From: an uncultured Fibrobacterota bacterium
GTDB taxonomy: Bacteria; Fibrobacterota; Chitinivibrionia; Chitinivibrionales; FEN-1185
Reading direction: 5' to 3'
Length of the DNA: 64,000 nucleotides
Assembly: GCA_963753345.1 (NCBI GenBank)
Contig: CAVWBU010000015.1
Span: forward strand, 120,203 to 184,202
In this document: positions 49,153 to 58,868 of the stretch, in pieces
Layout of the letters: each line of letters opens with the position of its first letter
Numbering within the stretch: position 1 is the stretch's first letter
The notes under the pieces: generated by a model
The model's database searches: none
Seen by the model: the letters and a program-made list of their open reading frames with translations, nothing else
Told to the model about the DNA's origin: nothing
Translations under genes and position numbers: made by a program

Positions 49153-49617
49153 TCAACTTCTTAACATTTCCATCATTCTCGCCGCCATCTCCGGTTCTAC
49201 TCTATACGGGCTTCCTCTTCCCTGAAAAAAGCCGTGTTTGTCAATAAGATGCAGTGAAAGCGGCGAGACGGAAAACGACTCGCCTGTTTCATCATCCGAG
49301 AATATGGTTTCGCCTTTTGGAAAGGTCCCTTCTCCCGGGAACGGCGACGGTATCCTGCCGCGCCAATCGCGGCTTATCGCAGAAACGCCGCCTGTGAGGC
49401 GGACAGGCGCGCCAAGGGCGCGTTCCGCGGCGGCGCAAGCGCTGCGCAATGCGTCAACGAGTTTGGATTTGTCGATTCCAAGCCGCGCGAGCGTGGCGAG
49501 GTCATCATGAATGATGTCTTCCGGACTCCGTTTATCTGATCCTAGAAAACCATCTGCGGAAAACATGGAAGGACCGAGAAGTTTTCTGAGATCGGTTGCT
49601 TGAACAGGCAATTTCAT
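49153..49617 (-). CDS. Conserved hypothetical protein
   Basis: GFLGSD.R..EDII..D and LHLI..HGFFQGRGSPYRVEP look like conserved motifs. Confidence 0.7.
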   Translation of the reverse strand: MKLPVQATDLRKLLGPSMFSADGFLGSDKRSPEDIIHDDLATLARLGIDKSKLVDALRSACAAAERALGAPVRLTGGVSAISRDWRGRIPSPFPGEGTFPKGETIFSDDETGESFSVSPLSLHLIDKHGFFQGRGSPYRVEPEMAARMMEMLRS

Positions 49618-49632
49618 AGACAAAACCTTTGT

Positions 49633-50655
49633 TTATGCAAACTTGTCAAAAAAGATTTTATCGGCAGGCATGCCGCACTGTGTGAGCATTGCGACGCAGG
49701 CGTTGATCATGCCGGGTGAGCCGCACAGGTATGCTTCGAACCGCGAGCAGTCCGGCACACGGCGACGCACGACGTCGGTGATGAGACCGCGTTCGGCGGT
49801 CCAGCCGCTTCCTTCAGCCTCGTTTGACAAGGCGGGGATAAACTTGAAGTCCGGCAACACGGTTTCCAGTTTGCGGAGTTCGTCAAGCATGAAAAGATCC
49901 TTTTGCGTGAGCGCTCCGAAAAAGCACCGGATCGTGCGGCGGCAGTTCTTCTTGACAAGGTCCTGTAAAATAGACCAGATCGGAGCCAGACCGGTTGAAC
50001 CGCACACCATAAGCATCGGCGTGTCGGTTTCCGAGGCGCGGAAGGTGCCGTACGGACCGGAAAAAGAGACGATGTCGCCCTCCTTGAGATGGTCGAACGC
50101 CCAGCCGGTGAAAATGCCGTTTTTCGTCCGTCGTATCATGAGGTCGACAAAGGATGTTTCGAACGGCGGTGAAGCAATCGAAAAATCGCGCAGCACCGCG
50201 TCTCTGCCTTGGTAGGGCATGGACTTCATCTGCACATATTGGCCCGCGGTAAATTCGATGGATTTCGGATTTGTCAATTCTATCTTGAGGCCCAGAGTGT
50301 CATAGGTGAGAAGCGCCTTTCCGGTCACCCTTCCTGAGAAACGCTTGATGGAAAAGATCTCGGGCGGAATTTCGATTGCGATATCGTCGAGGGGTTTGGT
50401 CTGACACCCAAGCCGCATACCCGTGTTTTTTTCGCTTTCGGAAAGCAGGGGAAACTCAAGGTCGGATGGCGGCGTTGAGGGATCGATCACCTTTATTTTG
50501 CAGTAGCCGCACCGTGCGTTGCCGCCGCACGCCGAAGGCAGAAACAGTCCGCTTCTGGCAAGACCGGCAAGCAGGGACGTTCCGCGTCTGATCTGAATTT
50601 TTGCGCGGCCGTTGTTGATGTCCACGGTAACGGTTGTGGCCTGAGCAGAATCCAT
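49633..50655 (-). CDS. 2Fe-2S/FAD/NAD oxidoreductase (NqrF-like or hydroxylase-reductase type)
   Basis: SACGGNARCGYC..RLGC, RDFSIAS, GPYG, TGLAP and YLCGSPGM..FDKF. Start set at ATG 50655. Confidence 0.88.
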   Translation of the reverse strand: MDSAQATTVTVDINNGRAKIQIRRGTSLLAGLARSGLFLPSACGGNARCGYCKIKVIDPSTPPSDLEFPLLSESEKNTGMRLGCQTKPLDDIAIEIPPEIFSIKRFSGRVTGKALLTYDTLGLKIELTNPKSIEFTAGQYVQMKSMPYQGRDAVLRDFSIASPPFETSFVDLMIRRTKNGIFTGWAFDHLKEGDIVSFSGPYGTFRASETDTPMLMVCGSTGLAPIWSILQDLVKKNCRRTIRCFFGALTQKDLFMLDELRKLETVLPDFKFIPALSNEAEGSGWTAERGLITDVVRRRVPDCSRFEAYLCGSPGMINACVAMLTQCGMPADKIFFDKFA

Positions 50656-50934
50656 TGTTTTATTTATTCCTGAGTTGCCCGGGATTGAAGTGATGGCGAA
50701 ATTTAAAATTATGTGATGAAGCGAAACAATCCAAGAGCTAATGCCTGTGGTTTTGTTCCGGAAGGTTTGCGGGAGTCTTCGTTTTGATACAACGGTAAAT
50801 CCACGGAAGGTGTAATTTGTCATTCATGAATCCGTATTCCATTTAGATGATATGAAGATGCGGTACGTATATGCAGGATGATTGAAGTGCCTGAACGTTG
50901 GGAACGTGTGAGTACCAGGGAGAGGTGAATAAGA

Positions 50935-51741
50935 GTGCGAATACCGGAACTGATACGAAAACTCGATAAAGTATACGCGAAGTATCATCGCCCCGCCTTT
51001 CTTCGCATGGATCCTCTTGAGTATGTGCGCCGGTTGCAAGGAAAGAAAAACCGCGAGATTGCCGGGCTTGCTTTCTCGTCGCTTTCCTACGGCCGCGTCG
51101 AGCAGATTCGCTCGACCATCGAAGAAATACTGGCAAGGACCGGCGCCGACCTGTACGGGTTTGCAGCGGGGACCACGCTTGCCGAAAAGAAGAAAACATT
51201 ATCTAACGTCAAGCACCGATTCAATGCCGGCGACGATGTTGCGGTTCTCATGGAGTGCGCAGTGATGGCCATGGAACGCAGCGAATCCCTTGAGGATTAT
51301 TTTTGCAAAGGGCTTGACAAATCGCACAAAACCGTGCGCGAGGCGCTCGATAGATTCTCGTTTGGGCTGCGGGGCATCGCACAGACTTCATGCGGCAGGC
51401 CATCACGCCATTTTGCCTTTCTTCTGCCTGCGCCCGGGTCCGGCAGCGCGTGCAAGCGGCTTGCCATGTTTCTCCGCTGGATGGTCCGCGACGACGACGG
51501 CATAGACCTGGGTGAATGGAATCGCGTGCCGTCTTCCATGCTGGTGATGCCGGTGGACACGCATATTGCCACAGTGTCAAGATGCCTGGGGCTCACGAGG
51601 CGGAAAACGCCGGACTGGACCATGGTCGAGGAAGTGACCGCCGCTATGAGAAACGTGTCTCCCTGCGATCCGGCGCGGTACGATTTTTCTCTGTGCCGGG
51701 CCGGCATGATTGATTTTAGGGGCGTGGAAGGCGCAGCCTGA
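50935..51741 (+). CDS. TIGR02757-type conserved protein
   Basis: DPL, SYGRV, SACKRLAMFLRWMVR, PVDTH and DPARYDFSL. Confidence 0.85.
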   Translation: MRIPELIRKLDKVYAKYHRPAFLRMDPLEYVRRLQGKKNREIAGLAFSSLSYGRVEQIRSTIEEILARTGADLYGFAAGTTLAEKKKTLSNVKHRFNAGDDVAVLMECAVMAMERSESLEDYFCKGLDKSHKTVREALDRFSFGLRGIAQTSCGRPSRHFAFLLPAPGSGSACKRLAMFLRWMVRDDDGIDLGEWNRVPSSMLVMPVDTHIATVSRCLGLTRRKTPDWTMVEEVTAAMRNVSPCDPARYDFSLCRAGMIDFRGVEGAA

Positions 51742-51774
51742 CGTCTATTGAGCAAACTGTTTTAAGGAACGAGC

Positions 51775-53478
51775 ATGAAGGAATTCGAAGGACTCGCAAT
51801 CAACCCGGGCAAGGTGATGGCGCCCGCATGCCTGTATTCCGCGGAGCTTCACAAGTCAATTGCCGAGTACGACATACCCGAGGCGCAGATCGAGGACGAA
51901 CTGCTCAGGTTCGAAGACGCCCTCAAGGAAAGCTCCCGCGAGCTGGAGTCGATTTCAACGCGGGTCGCCGACAGGGTGGGGAACGTGGAGTCCGAGATTT
52001 TCATGGCGCAGAAGCACATCATGAACGACGATGCCGTGGTGCGGCAGATCAGGGAGGGGATACGGACGAGGAAGAAGAACGTGGAAGCCGTGATTTTCCA
52101 GGTGTACGGCGCGTTCGAGGACAAATTCAAGGCAATGGACAACCTGTATCTCCGCGAACGGGGGTCCGACATCCGTGAAATCCGCCGCAGGCTGCTTGAC
52201 AACCTGAAAAAGGAAAAAGGCGGCTTCAAGTGCGAAGGGCAGGCGCATTGCCAGCGCGGCGCGAACAGGATCATCGTGGCCGAGGATTTCACAGCCGACA
52301 TGATGGCGCACATGAATTTCGATCGCGTGCGCGGGTTCGTGACCGAACACGGAGGCGTGACGTCGCACGCGGCGATCATCGCGCGGTCCCTCGGAATACC
52401 GGCCGTCACGGGCGTGCGCGGCATCACCGACCACGTAAAATGCAGCGACATCGTGCTTGTCGACGGCGACAAGGGCAAAGTGTACCACATGCCTTCCGAG
52501 GAGATCATCAGGAAGTTGATGGCCTCCGCCGAAGTGCAGGAACGCGCGCGGAGTATGCCAGCATCGCCGCCCGGCACCGAGGTGCTGGCCAACGCAAGCA
52601 TGCTCGAAGATGTGCGCCAGGCGCGCGCACTAAGGGCCGACGGCATCGGTCTTTACAGGACGGAAATCATGTTCATCCGCGAGGACCGCCTTCTGTCCGA
52701 GGACGAACAGTTCGACCGCTACAAGGGCGTTGTCGACGAGATGGGGAACAAGCCGGTAACCTTCCGTCTTCTCGATGTGGGCGGCGACAAACCGCTCCCG
52801 TTTCTCAGAATTCAGAAGGAATCGAACCCGTACCTCGGATGGCGCGGCGCGCGGTTTTTGCTCGGCAACCCGGACATATTCGCCGGCCAGGTGCGCGCGC
52901 TCGCACGGCTGGCAAAAACCAACAGGATACGGATCCTTTTCCCCATGGTGATCGACGAACGCCAGCAGAAGGAGCTTGTTGACGGCGTACGGGGAATCTT
53001 GCAGGGAGTCCCGGGCGCAGCGGAGAACGTGGAACTCGGTGCCATGTTCGAGGTGCCGAGCGCGTGCATGCAGGCGAAACAGATCTTTAAGCATGTCGAT
53101 TTCGGCAGCATCGGTTCGAACGACCTCATCCAGTACCTCTTCGCGGTGGACCGGAGCAACGAGCAGGTCTCCTCGGATTACAATCCGGAACATCCTATAT
53201 TATGGAAACTTCTTGAAGACCTCGTTTCGGCCTCCAAGGAAACGGCCAGGCCGCTGTCGATATGCGGTGAAATGGCGGGCAGGGCGGGTTTCGCAGGGAA
53301 ACTGCTTGACATAGGGATAACGTCGCTGAGCGTGAGCCCGCGTCTCATTCCGCAAGTAAGGATGGAAATGACCGAACACCGCGCGGCCGCGACGCACCCG
53401 GACAGACACGTCAAGCGCCGCCGGGAACCGGGCGCGCAGCCTCAGGCGGCAGCCGCAGGCGTCCTGCCTCCGGCCTGA
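51775..53478 (+). CDS. Phosphoenolpyruvate-protein phosphotransferase (PTS enzyme I)
   Basis: GGVTSHAAI phospho-His, GIGLYRTE, NPYLGWRG, SIGSNDL and ICGEMAG. Confidence 0.92.
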   Translation: MKEFEGLAINPGKVMAPACLYSAELHKSIAEYDIPEAQIEDELLRFEDALKESSRELESISTRVADRVGNVESEIFMAQKHIMNDDAVVRQIREGIRTRKKNVEAVIFQVYGAFEDKFKAMDNLYLRERGSDIREIRRRLLDNLKKEKGGFKCEGQAHCQRGANRIIVAEDFTADMMAHMNFDRVRGFVTEHGGVTSHAAIIARSLGIPAVTGVRGITDHVKCSDIVLVDGDKGKVYHMPSEEIIRKLMASAEVQERARSMPASPPGTEVLANASMLEDVRQARALRADGIGLYRTEIMFIREDRLLSEDEQFDRYKGVVDEMGNKPVTFRLLDVGGDKPLPFLRIQKESNPYLGWRGARFLLGNPDIFAGQVRALARLAKTNRIRILFPMVIDERQQKELVDGVRGILQGVPGAAENVELGAMFEVPSACMQAKQIFKHVDFGSIGSNDLIQYLFAVDRSNEQVSSDYNPEHPILWKLLEDLVSASKETARPLSICGEMAGRAGFAGKLLDIGITSLSVSPRLIPQVRMEMTEHRAAATHPDRHVKRRREPGAQPQAAAAGVLPPA

Positions 53479-53618
53479 GCGGATGCGAACACCGCAAAGG
53501 TGGCTGAGCGCCGCTCCATAGTTTATTTTGTTTGACCGGACGGTCCTGTCTGCAGAACCAAGAACTATTCATTCTGAAGCTGCGCCGCTTGCAAGGACTA
53601 TCTTGAAGGAGCGATTGT

Positions 53619-54836
53619 ATGCCAAAACAAAGGAGAATTCTCAGAGTGCTGGGCGTTTCGCTGGCAATGGCCCTTTCGTTTGTGGTGACCACTGCTGCCT
53701 CTGACGCCGACAGGATTCAGCAGCTTATCGACGTCATCAAAAACGGTCCATCCCTGTACCGGTCGCCCGAGGCCGCGTCGGCCTATGCGAAATTCAATCA
53801 GCAGGGCGGCATCCCCGCGGTTTCCACGGCCGACGGCCTCGTTGCCATCAAGCAGAGCCTTCGCGCGGCAATCAGCCTGGGTGATTTCGGCGACAAGGCA
53901 CGCTCGGCGATTCCGACGCTTGTCGAGGTGTTCCCGCAGGCCGAATACGAATCGGTGATCACCAATGCGCAGTTCTCGCCGGGCATGGGACCTTTCGACG
54001 ACTGGGTGCAGACTTATGTGATCAGCGCGAAGAGCAAGTTTCTGCTTGCCGCGCCGTTCGTCGATTATCAGACGCTTTCCAGATGCGAACAGTTTGTAGA
54101 GGCGTCCGGCACCACCGATATTCACCAGAAACGCATGGCCGGCAGCAAGATGGTGGAGGCCACCCTCGACATTTACGTGACCATACGCGTGAATGCCGCG
54201 GCATGCGCGCTTTCCAAAATTACCGGCGCCGACGCAGGAACGACGCGCGACTCGTGGCGCGCCTGGTACTCGCGCTCCAGCGACGTTTCGGCACAGGCAA
54301 CGGGCCAGCCGGTTCAGGTTAGGGTGACGGTTGTCAACACGCCCGCGAATCCTCCCGCCGATTACGTGCCGGGTGCGCGCTATCAGATTTCACTCACCAC
54401 CGGCGACGTTATCACCGGGGTCGTGGAATCTTCGGACGAAACGTCGTTCACCTTGCGGGTTGACGGCGGCGCGCGGTACAGCTACGAAAAGAACTTTGTA
54501 AAGAACCGGGTCATGCTTTCCGCCGCGCCTTACCAGTATGCGCCGGCGCCCGCCGTGGCCGCTCCGGTGACTCCAGCGTCGGCAGGCTCGGTCCCGTACG
54601 AAGATCTCATGAATTTCTCCTATTCGGGCAGGACCATGGAAGTGGTGATGCTCAACGGAACGGTGATGAGGGGCGCGCTCGGGGTTGTCGACGCGAGCAT
54701 CCTGCATCTGACCGTTGACGGAACGGAAATGCCTATCTCGCGCAGCCTCATCCTGAGGGTCTCGGTCGTCCCGGACCCGGCTGCCGCGCGACCGGCCGAC
54801 AAGCCCGCGGCAAGCCAGTCGCCGTCGCCGTGGTAG
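53619..54836 (+). CDS. Secreted hypothetical protein (HEAT-like region plus two Sm/LSm-like repeats)
   Basis: Signal peptide; AAISLG..AIPTL; repeats ISLTTGDVITGVV and VVMLNGTVMRGAL separated by P/A-rich linkers. Confidence 0.65.
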   Translation: MPKQRRILRVLGVSLAMALSFVVTTAASDADRIQQLIDVIKNGPSLYRSPEAASAYAKFNQQGGIPAVSTADGLVAIKQSLRAAISLGDFGDKARSAIPTLVEVFPQAEYESVITNAQFSPGMGPFDDWVQTYVISAKSKFLLAAPFVDYQTLSRCEQFVEASGTTDIHQKRMAGSKMVEATLDIYVTIRVNAAACALSKITGADAGTTRDSWRAWYSRSSDVSAQATGQPVQVRVTVVNTPANPPADYVPGARYQISLTTGDVITGVVESSDETSFTLRVDGGARYSYEKNFVKNRVMLSAAPYQYAPAPAVAAPVTPASAGSVPYEDLMNFSYSGRTMEVVMLNGTVMRGALGVVDASILHLTVDGTEMPISRSLILRVSVVPDPAAARPADKPAASQSPSPW

Positions 54837-54855
54837 CAATAAGGATTTCTTGCGC

Positions 54856-55164
54856 ATGAAACTTGTCGTCGCCATAATCCGTCCGGGCAAACTTCCTGAT
54901 GTCAAGGATGCTCTTCTCGACGACGACATCGAGGGATTTTCGGCGACCGAAGTCATGGGCTGCGGCAACCAGTGGGGCCACACCGAAAGCGAAAAGAACT
55001 CCACCGTTGAGTCGAATCTCATGAAGAAAGCCAAGATCGAGCTCGAGGTGCCGGACGCAAGCGTGAAAAAGGTGGTCGAGCGGATAACCGGCGTGTGCCG
55101 TTCTGGCCGCATCGGCGACGGCAAGATATTCGTGCTCAACCTTGCGCAAACCATGGCGCTGTGA
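54856..55164 (+). CDS. PII-family nitrogen regulator, atypical (C-loop truncated)
   Basis: MKLVVAIIRP..V.DAL, G.GNQ.G and SGRIGDGKIFV. Confidence 0.9.
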   Translation: MKLVVAIIRPGKLPDVKDALLDDDIEGFSATEVMGCGNQWGHTESEKNSTVESNLMKKAKIELEVPDASVKKVVERITGVCRSGRIGDGKIFVLNLAQTMAL

Positions 55165-55171
55165 CATCCTT

Positions 55172-55513
55172 ATGAAACTCATCACCGCAATAATACAGCC
55201 GTCCAAACTCTCCGATGTCAAGCAGGCGCTGTTCGACGCCGGTCTGGGAAAAATGACGGTCTCCAACGTGAGCGGTTCGAGTCAGGTCACGCATAATCCG
55301 GACATCCACCAAGCCAACGACTACGAGCCGAACCTTATCGGCAAGGTGAAACTGGAACTCGCGGCCAACGACGATGCGGTGCAAAAGATGGTCGACATCA
55401 TCAAGAAGCACGCGACAACCGGCACCGTCACCGGCGGCGGCAAGATTTTCGTGCTCGATATAGAACAGTGCATCAGGATTCGCACCGGCGAAGAGGGCCC
55501 CGCCGCCATCTAG
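55172..55513 (+). CDS. PII-family nitrogen regulator, atypical (T/B-loop changes)
   Basis: MKLITAIIQP..VKQAL, GKIFV and IRIRTGE.G..AI. Confidence 0.9.
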   Translation: MKLITAIIQPSKLSDVKQALFDAGLGKMTVSNVSGSSQVTHNPDIHQANDYEPNLIGKVKLELAANDDAVQKMVDIIKKHATTGTVTGGGKIFVLDIEQCIRIRTGEEGPAAI

Positions 55514-55550
55514 CCCCGCGCGGTTTCCTGCATCGCAAGAGAACATCCTC

Positions 55551-56633
55551 ATGAAGAACCCCGTCTTTTTTCTCCCCGTTTCATTGGCCGAAAAGACTCC
55601 CGCGATCGAGGCCGGCCTGGCAAGGCTTCTTTCGGAAAGTGCCGTTTTGGGATGCGTTGACAAAGGCGATGTCGCGGTAATCAAGATGCATTTCGGCGAA
55701 GAGGGGAACACGGGGCATGTGGCGCCCGGCCATGTCGGCGTGATAAGCGGGCTTCTGCGGCGCACCGCCTCCGACGTGATCGTCGCGGACACCAACACGT
55801 TGTACAAGGGAAGAAGGACCTCCTCCGCAGAGCACGAGAAGCTCGCAATGGAGCACGGGTTTGTTGCCGAGCGCACCGGAGCGAGGCTCGTAGTGCCCGA
55901 CGAGCGGAACCCGGACAACTGTCACACGATCGAGGCGGCCGGGAAGTACGTGAAGAAGGCCAAGGTTTTGCGGCTGTACAGGGAGGCTCAGGCGCTTATC
56001 GGCGTCGCGCATTTCAAGGGTCATTTAATGACCGGCTTCGGCGGCGCGATCAAGAACATCGGCATGGGGTGCGCGTCGCGCGAGGGCAAGCTGGCGCAGC
56101 ACAGCACCGTGTGCCCGGTCGTGCGTAGCAAGAAATGCACCGGCTGCGGCGCATGCGAGGCCGTGTGCCCGGCGGACGCGGTTGCGGTTGTCAACGGTAA
56201 ATCGAAAATCAACCCTGCGAAATGCATCGGCTGCGCGAGCTGCATCGCGGCATGCACCTACGGCGCCATGGACGTCAACTGGGGCGCGGGAAGCGGCACC
56301 ATGACGGAGCGCATGGTCGAATACGCCGCGGCTGTTTTGCGCGGCAGGAAGAAAGCCGCGTATGTCAACTTCGCGCTGAAGATAACGGCCGAGTGCGACT
56401 GCCTCGCCAAGGACGATCCGCGCATCGTGGACGACGTCGGCATCTTCGCGTCGGCAGACCCGGTTGCGCTCGATCAGGCCTGTTTCGAGATGGTGAAGGA
56501 AAAAGCCGGGGGTATAGACGTCTTCAAGAAAGCTCACCCGGAACGGGACAGCCTCCAGCAGCTTGCGTATGCGGAAAAGCTTGGGCTCGGGTCTCGGTCG
56601 TACGAACTCGTAAGGGTGACACCGGCAAGTTGA
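55551..56633 (+). CDS. DUF362-type Fe-S protein with 2[4Fe-4S] domain
   Basis: IKMHFGE.GN, HFKGH..GGAIKNIGMGC, two CxxCxxCxxxC, CDC and DPVALDQA. Confidence 0.9.
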   Translation: MKNPVFFLPVSLAEKTPAIEAGLARLLSESAVLGCVDKGDVAVIKMHFGEEGNTGHVAPGHVGVISGLLRRTASDVIVADTNTLYKGRRTSSAEHEKLAMEHGFVAERTGARLVVPDERNPDNCHTIEAAGKYVKKAKVLRLYREAQALIGVAHFKGHLMTGFGGAIKNIGMGCASREGKLAQHSTVCPVVRSKKCTGCGACEAVCPADAVAVVNGKSKINPAKCIGCASCIAACTYGAMDVNWGAGSGTMTERMVEYAAAVLRGRKKAAYVNFALKITAECDCLAKDDPRIVDDVGIFASADPVALDQACFEMVKEKAGGIDVFKKAHPERDSLQQLAYAEKLGLGSRSYELVRVTPAS

Positions 56634-56677
56634 CAAGAAAGATGTAGGACCCCATTATTTGATTTCGAAATATCAGC

Positions 56678-58660
56678 TTACCGTTTGACCAAAAACGTCT
56701 TGAGAAACAGCGCCTCGCAGCAATCGAGATAATCCTGGTTCGCCTTCCGCCGCATGCCGTGGCCCTCGTTGCGCGCTACAATCGACCACACCGTTCCGTT
56801 GTTCGCGCGCACCGCAGCCGCCATCCGTTCCGATTCACTGAGAGGAACCCGCGGGTCGTTTGCCCCCTGAAATATCAAAAGCGGGCGCGTGATGCGGGAG
56901 GCGTTTGTCAAAGGGGAAATACGCAGAAGGAACGCGCGCATGTCCGGATCGCGTTCGTCGCCGTACTCCACGCGGCGCAGGTCGCGGCGGTAGGCCGACG
57001 TGCGCTCGAGGAACGTAACGAAATTGCATATTCCGTACAAATCGATCCCGGCCCGCAGGCTTTCGCCGTACCGGACAAGGGAGGCGAGCGCGACGTAGCC
57101 GCCGTACGATCCGCCCGACACAGCCGCGGCCGACGCGTCCATGTCCGGCCTGTTCTTAACCCACCCAAGCAGCGCGCCGATGTCCTTCACCGCGTCCTCG
57201 CGCATGTACCCGTTGTCAAGCGACAGCCAGGCTTTGCCGTAGCCGCCCGAGCCGCGGATATTGGGAGCGAGTACGCACAGACCCAGCTCGCAAACGTCGA
57301 ACTGGATCTCGGGCCGGAAATAGGGCCAGAACTGGCTTTCCGGCCCTCCGTGAATGTCCACGAGCACTGCGAAGGGCCCCGGCCTGTTTTTTGGTTTGTA
57401 AACGAAACAGGGAACCAAACGCGGTTGCCCGCCGGCGCTGTCGAAAGTGGAATAACGGACGACCTCCGGCGTCACCAATGCGTTCGAGTCGAGACCGCCG
57501 AGTCCGCTTGCGGTCCAGCGGACAAGGGAGAAATCGGAAAGCCTCAGGGAGTACGCCTCCTCCGGCTGCACGGCAGTGGTGAGGGTCATGCCCAGGCGTT
57601 CTCCCGAAGGATCCAACCGCAGTCCGTTGATGCCGCCTTTGGGCAATCCGGGTATTTCCCTGAACCGGAACGTGGCGGTATTCATGATAAACACATGCGA
57701 ATATCCATGCTGGTTCGTCTGGAATGCCAGACATGAGCGGTCGCGGGACATGTCGATCTCGCGCACGTCCCAATGAATGTCCGCGGTGAGCACGGTCTCG
57801 CGCCGTGAGGCCAGGTCGAAGTAGCGGAGCGTACGGAAATCCGTGGCTTTGTCGGAGGTGAGAAAGATGCCACGTCCGCCCGGGCCCCAGGCGCCGACCT
57901 CCTGCGACACTGTGTCGAGGGTGTCGTGCAGGGGCGTGCATTCGCCCGTGCGCCAGTTGCACACGTAAAGATACGAGGCGGTCCGGGAAAGGTAGTGTGA
58001 GACAAGCAGAAGGCTGTCCCCAGGTGACCAGTCTTCGACCGACCACGATCCGGTCCTCGCAAGTACGGGCCCGGCGAGCGCGGGGTTGCGGACATCGCAC
58101 ACGTAAACGTCGAAATCGACCCCGTTGCGCCTGTTGCTCTGGAACGCGAATCGGTCGCCGGCATTCGACCACACGATGCCCTCGTTCTGCCATTTTCCGT
58201 CGGTGATGCGCACCGGCGCGGCTGAGTCGAGGAACAAAGAGTAAATCTGGAAATTTTCGTCGCCGGCGCTGTCTTTTGTAAACAGCAACGTCCGGCGCAG
58301 GGGATCGGGACACACTGCAACGGTCGTGACCGGCTCGTTGAGAAAGGTGAGCTGCCGCAGCGGCGCTCCCGGCGCAGGAGCGAAATGGATCTGGTTTATC
58401 TCCCCAACGCGCGAAACAACGATCATCCCGTCTCCCCCCGACGCCCATCCGGCAAAGGTGGCGAAATTCCAATTCCGGTAGCGCGAGACGGCCCGGGCAA
58501 TCGAATCAGGAATGGGGGGGATGCTGCGCACAACGAGCGAGGGTGGCGGTGTAACGGAACTGGTGGAATTGACGCAGGAGAACAGTACATGCGTCGAAAC
58601 TGCGGCAAGCGCAAAAAGAACGGCGCAACGGGTTAAGAGTAAAATTCGGTGAAGGTGCAT
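56678..58660 (-). CDS. S9 family (prolyl oligopeptidase-like) peptidase, probable lipoprotein
   Basis: Lipobox-like LFSC, beta-propeller, HGGPE, GGSYGG, GANDPRV and EGHG. Confidence 0.92.
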   Translation of the reverse strand: MHLHRILLLTRCAVLFALAAVSTHVLFSCVNSTSSVTPPPSLVVRSIPPIPDSIARAVSRYRNWNFATFAGWASGGDGMIVVSRVGEINQIHFAPAPGAPLRQLTFLNEPVTTVAVCPDPLRRTLLFTKDSAGDENFQIYSLFLDSAAPVRITDGKWQNEGIVWSNAGDRFAFQSNRRNGVDFDVYVCDVRNPALAGPVLARTGSWSVEDWSPGDSLLLVSHYLSRTASYLYVCNWRTGECTPLHDTLDTVSQEVGAWGPGGRGIFLTSDKATDFRTLRYFDLASRRETVLTADIHWDVREIDMSRDRSCLAFQTNQHGYSHVFIMNTATFRFREIPGLPKGGINGLRLDPSGERLGMTLTTAVQPEEAYSLRLSDFSLVRWTASGLGGLDSNALVTPEVVRYSTFDSAGGQPRLVPCFVYKPKNRPGPFAVLVDIHGGPESQFWPYFRPEIQFDVCELGLCVLAPNIRGSGGYGKAWLSLDNGYMREDAVKDIGALLGWVKNRPDMDASAAAVSGGSYGGYVALASLVRYGESLRAGIDLYGICNFVTFLERTSAYRRDLRRVEYGDERDPDMRAFLLRISPLTNASRITRPLLIFQGANDPRVPLSESERMAAAVRANNGTVWSIVARNEGHGMRRKANQDYLDCCEALFLKTFLVKR

Positions 58661-58774
58661 GAGAGGAAAAATAGCGTCCGGCAGGCCTATTGGGCGAAGC
58701 AGTTTCGGCGGAGAGGAGGGAGGTCAGAGATCAGCAACGTGTGCGGTCGTACGGTAGCGTACGGTGAGAATTGA

Positions 58775-58868
58775 CCACAACGTGCGCCGCATTGCACAAA
58801 GACGCGGCCTATCAATACATTCAACAATCCGACAGGTCAGCCGCGCTTTTGTGCTGCGGCTGTTGTGT
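58775..58868 (-). other. attC-like recombination hairpin
   Basis: Minus strand: ACACAAC-a-GCCGCA-GCACAAA-..-CGCGGC ... GCCGCG-..-TTTGTGC-aa-TGCGGC-gcac-GTTGTGG. A 94-bp imperfect inverted repeat bounded by AAC/GTT with unpaired bases. Confidence 0.6.
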
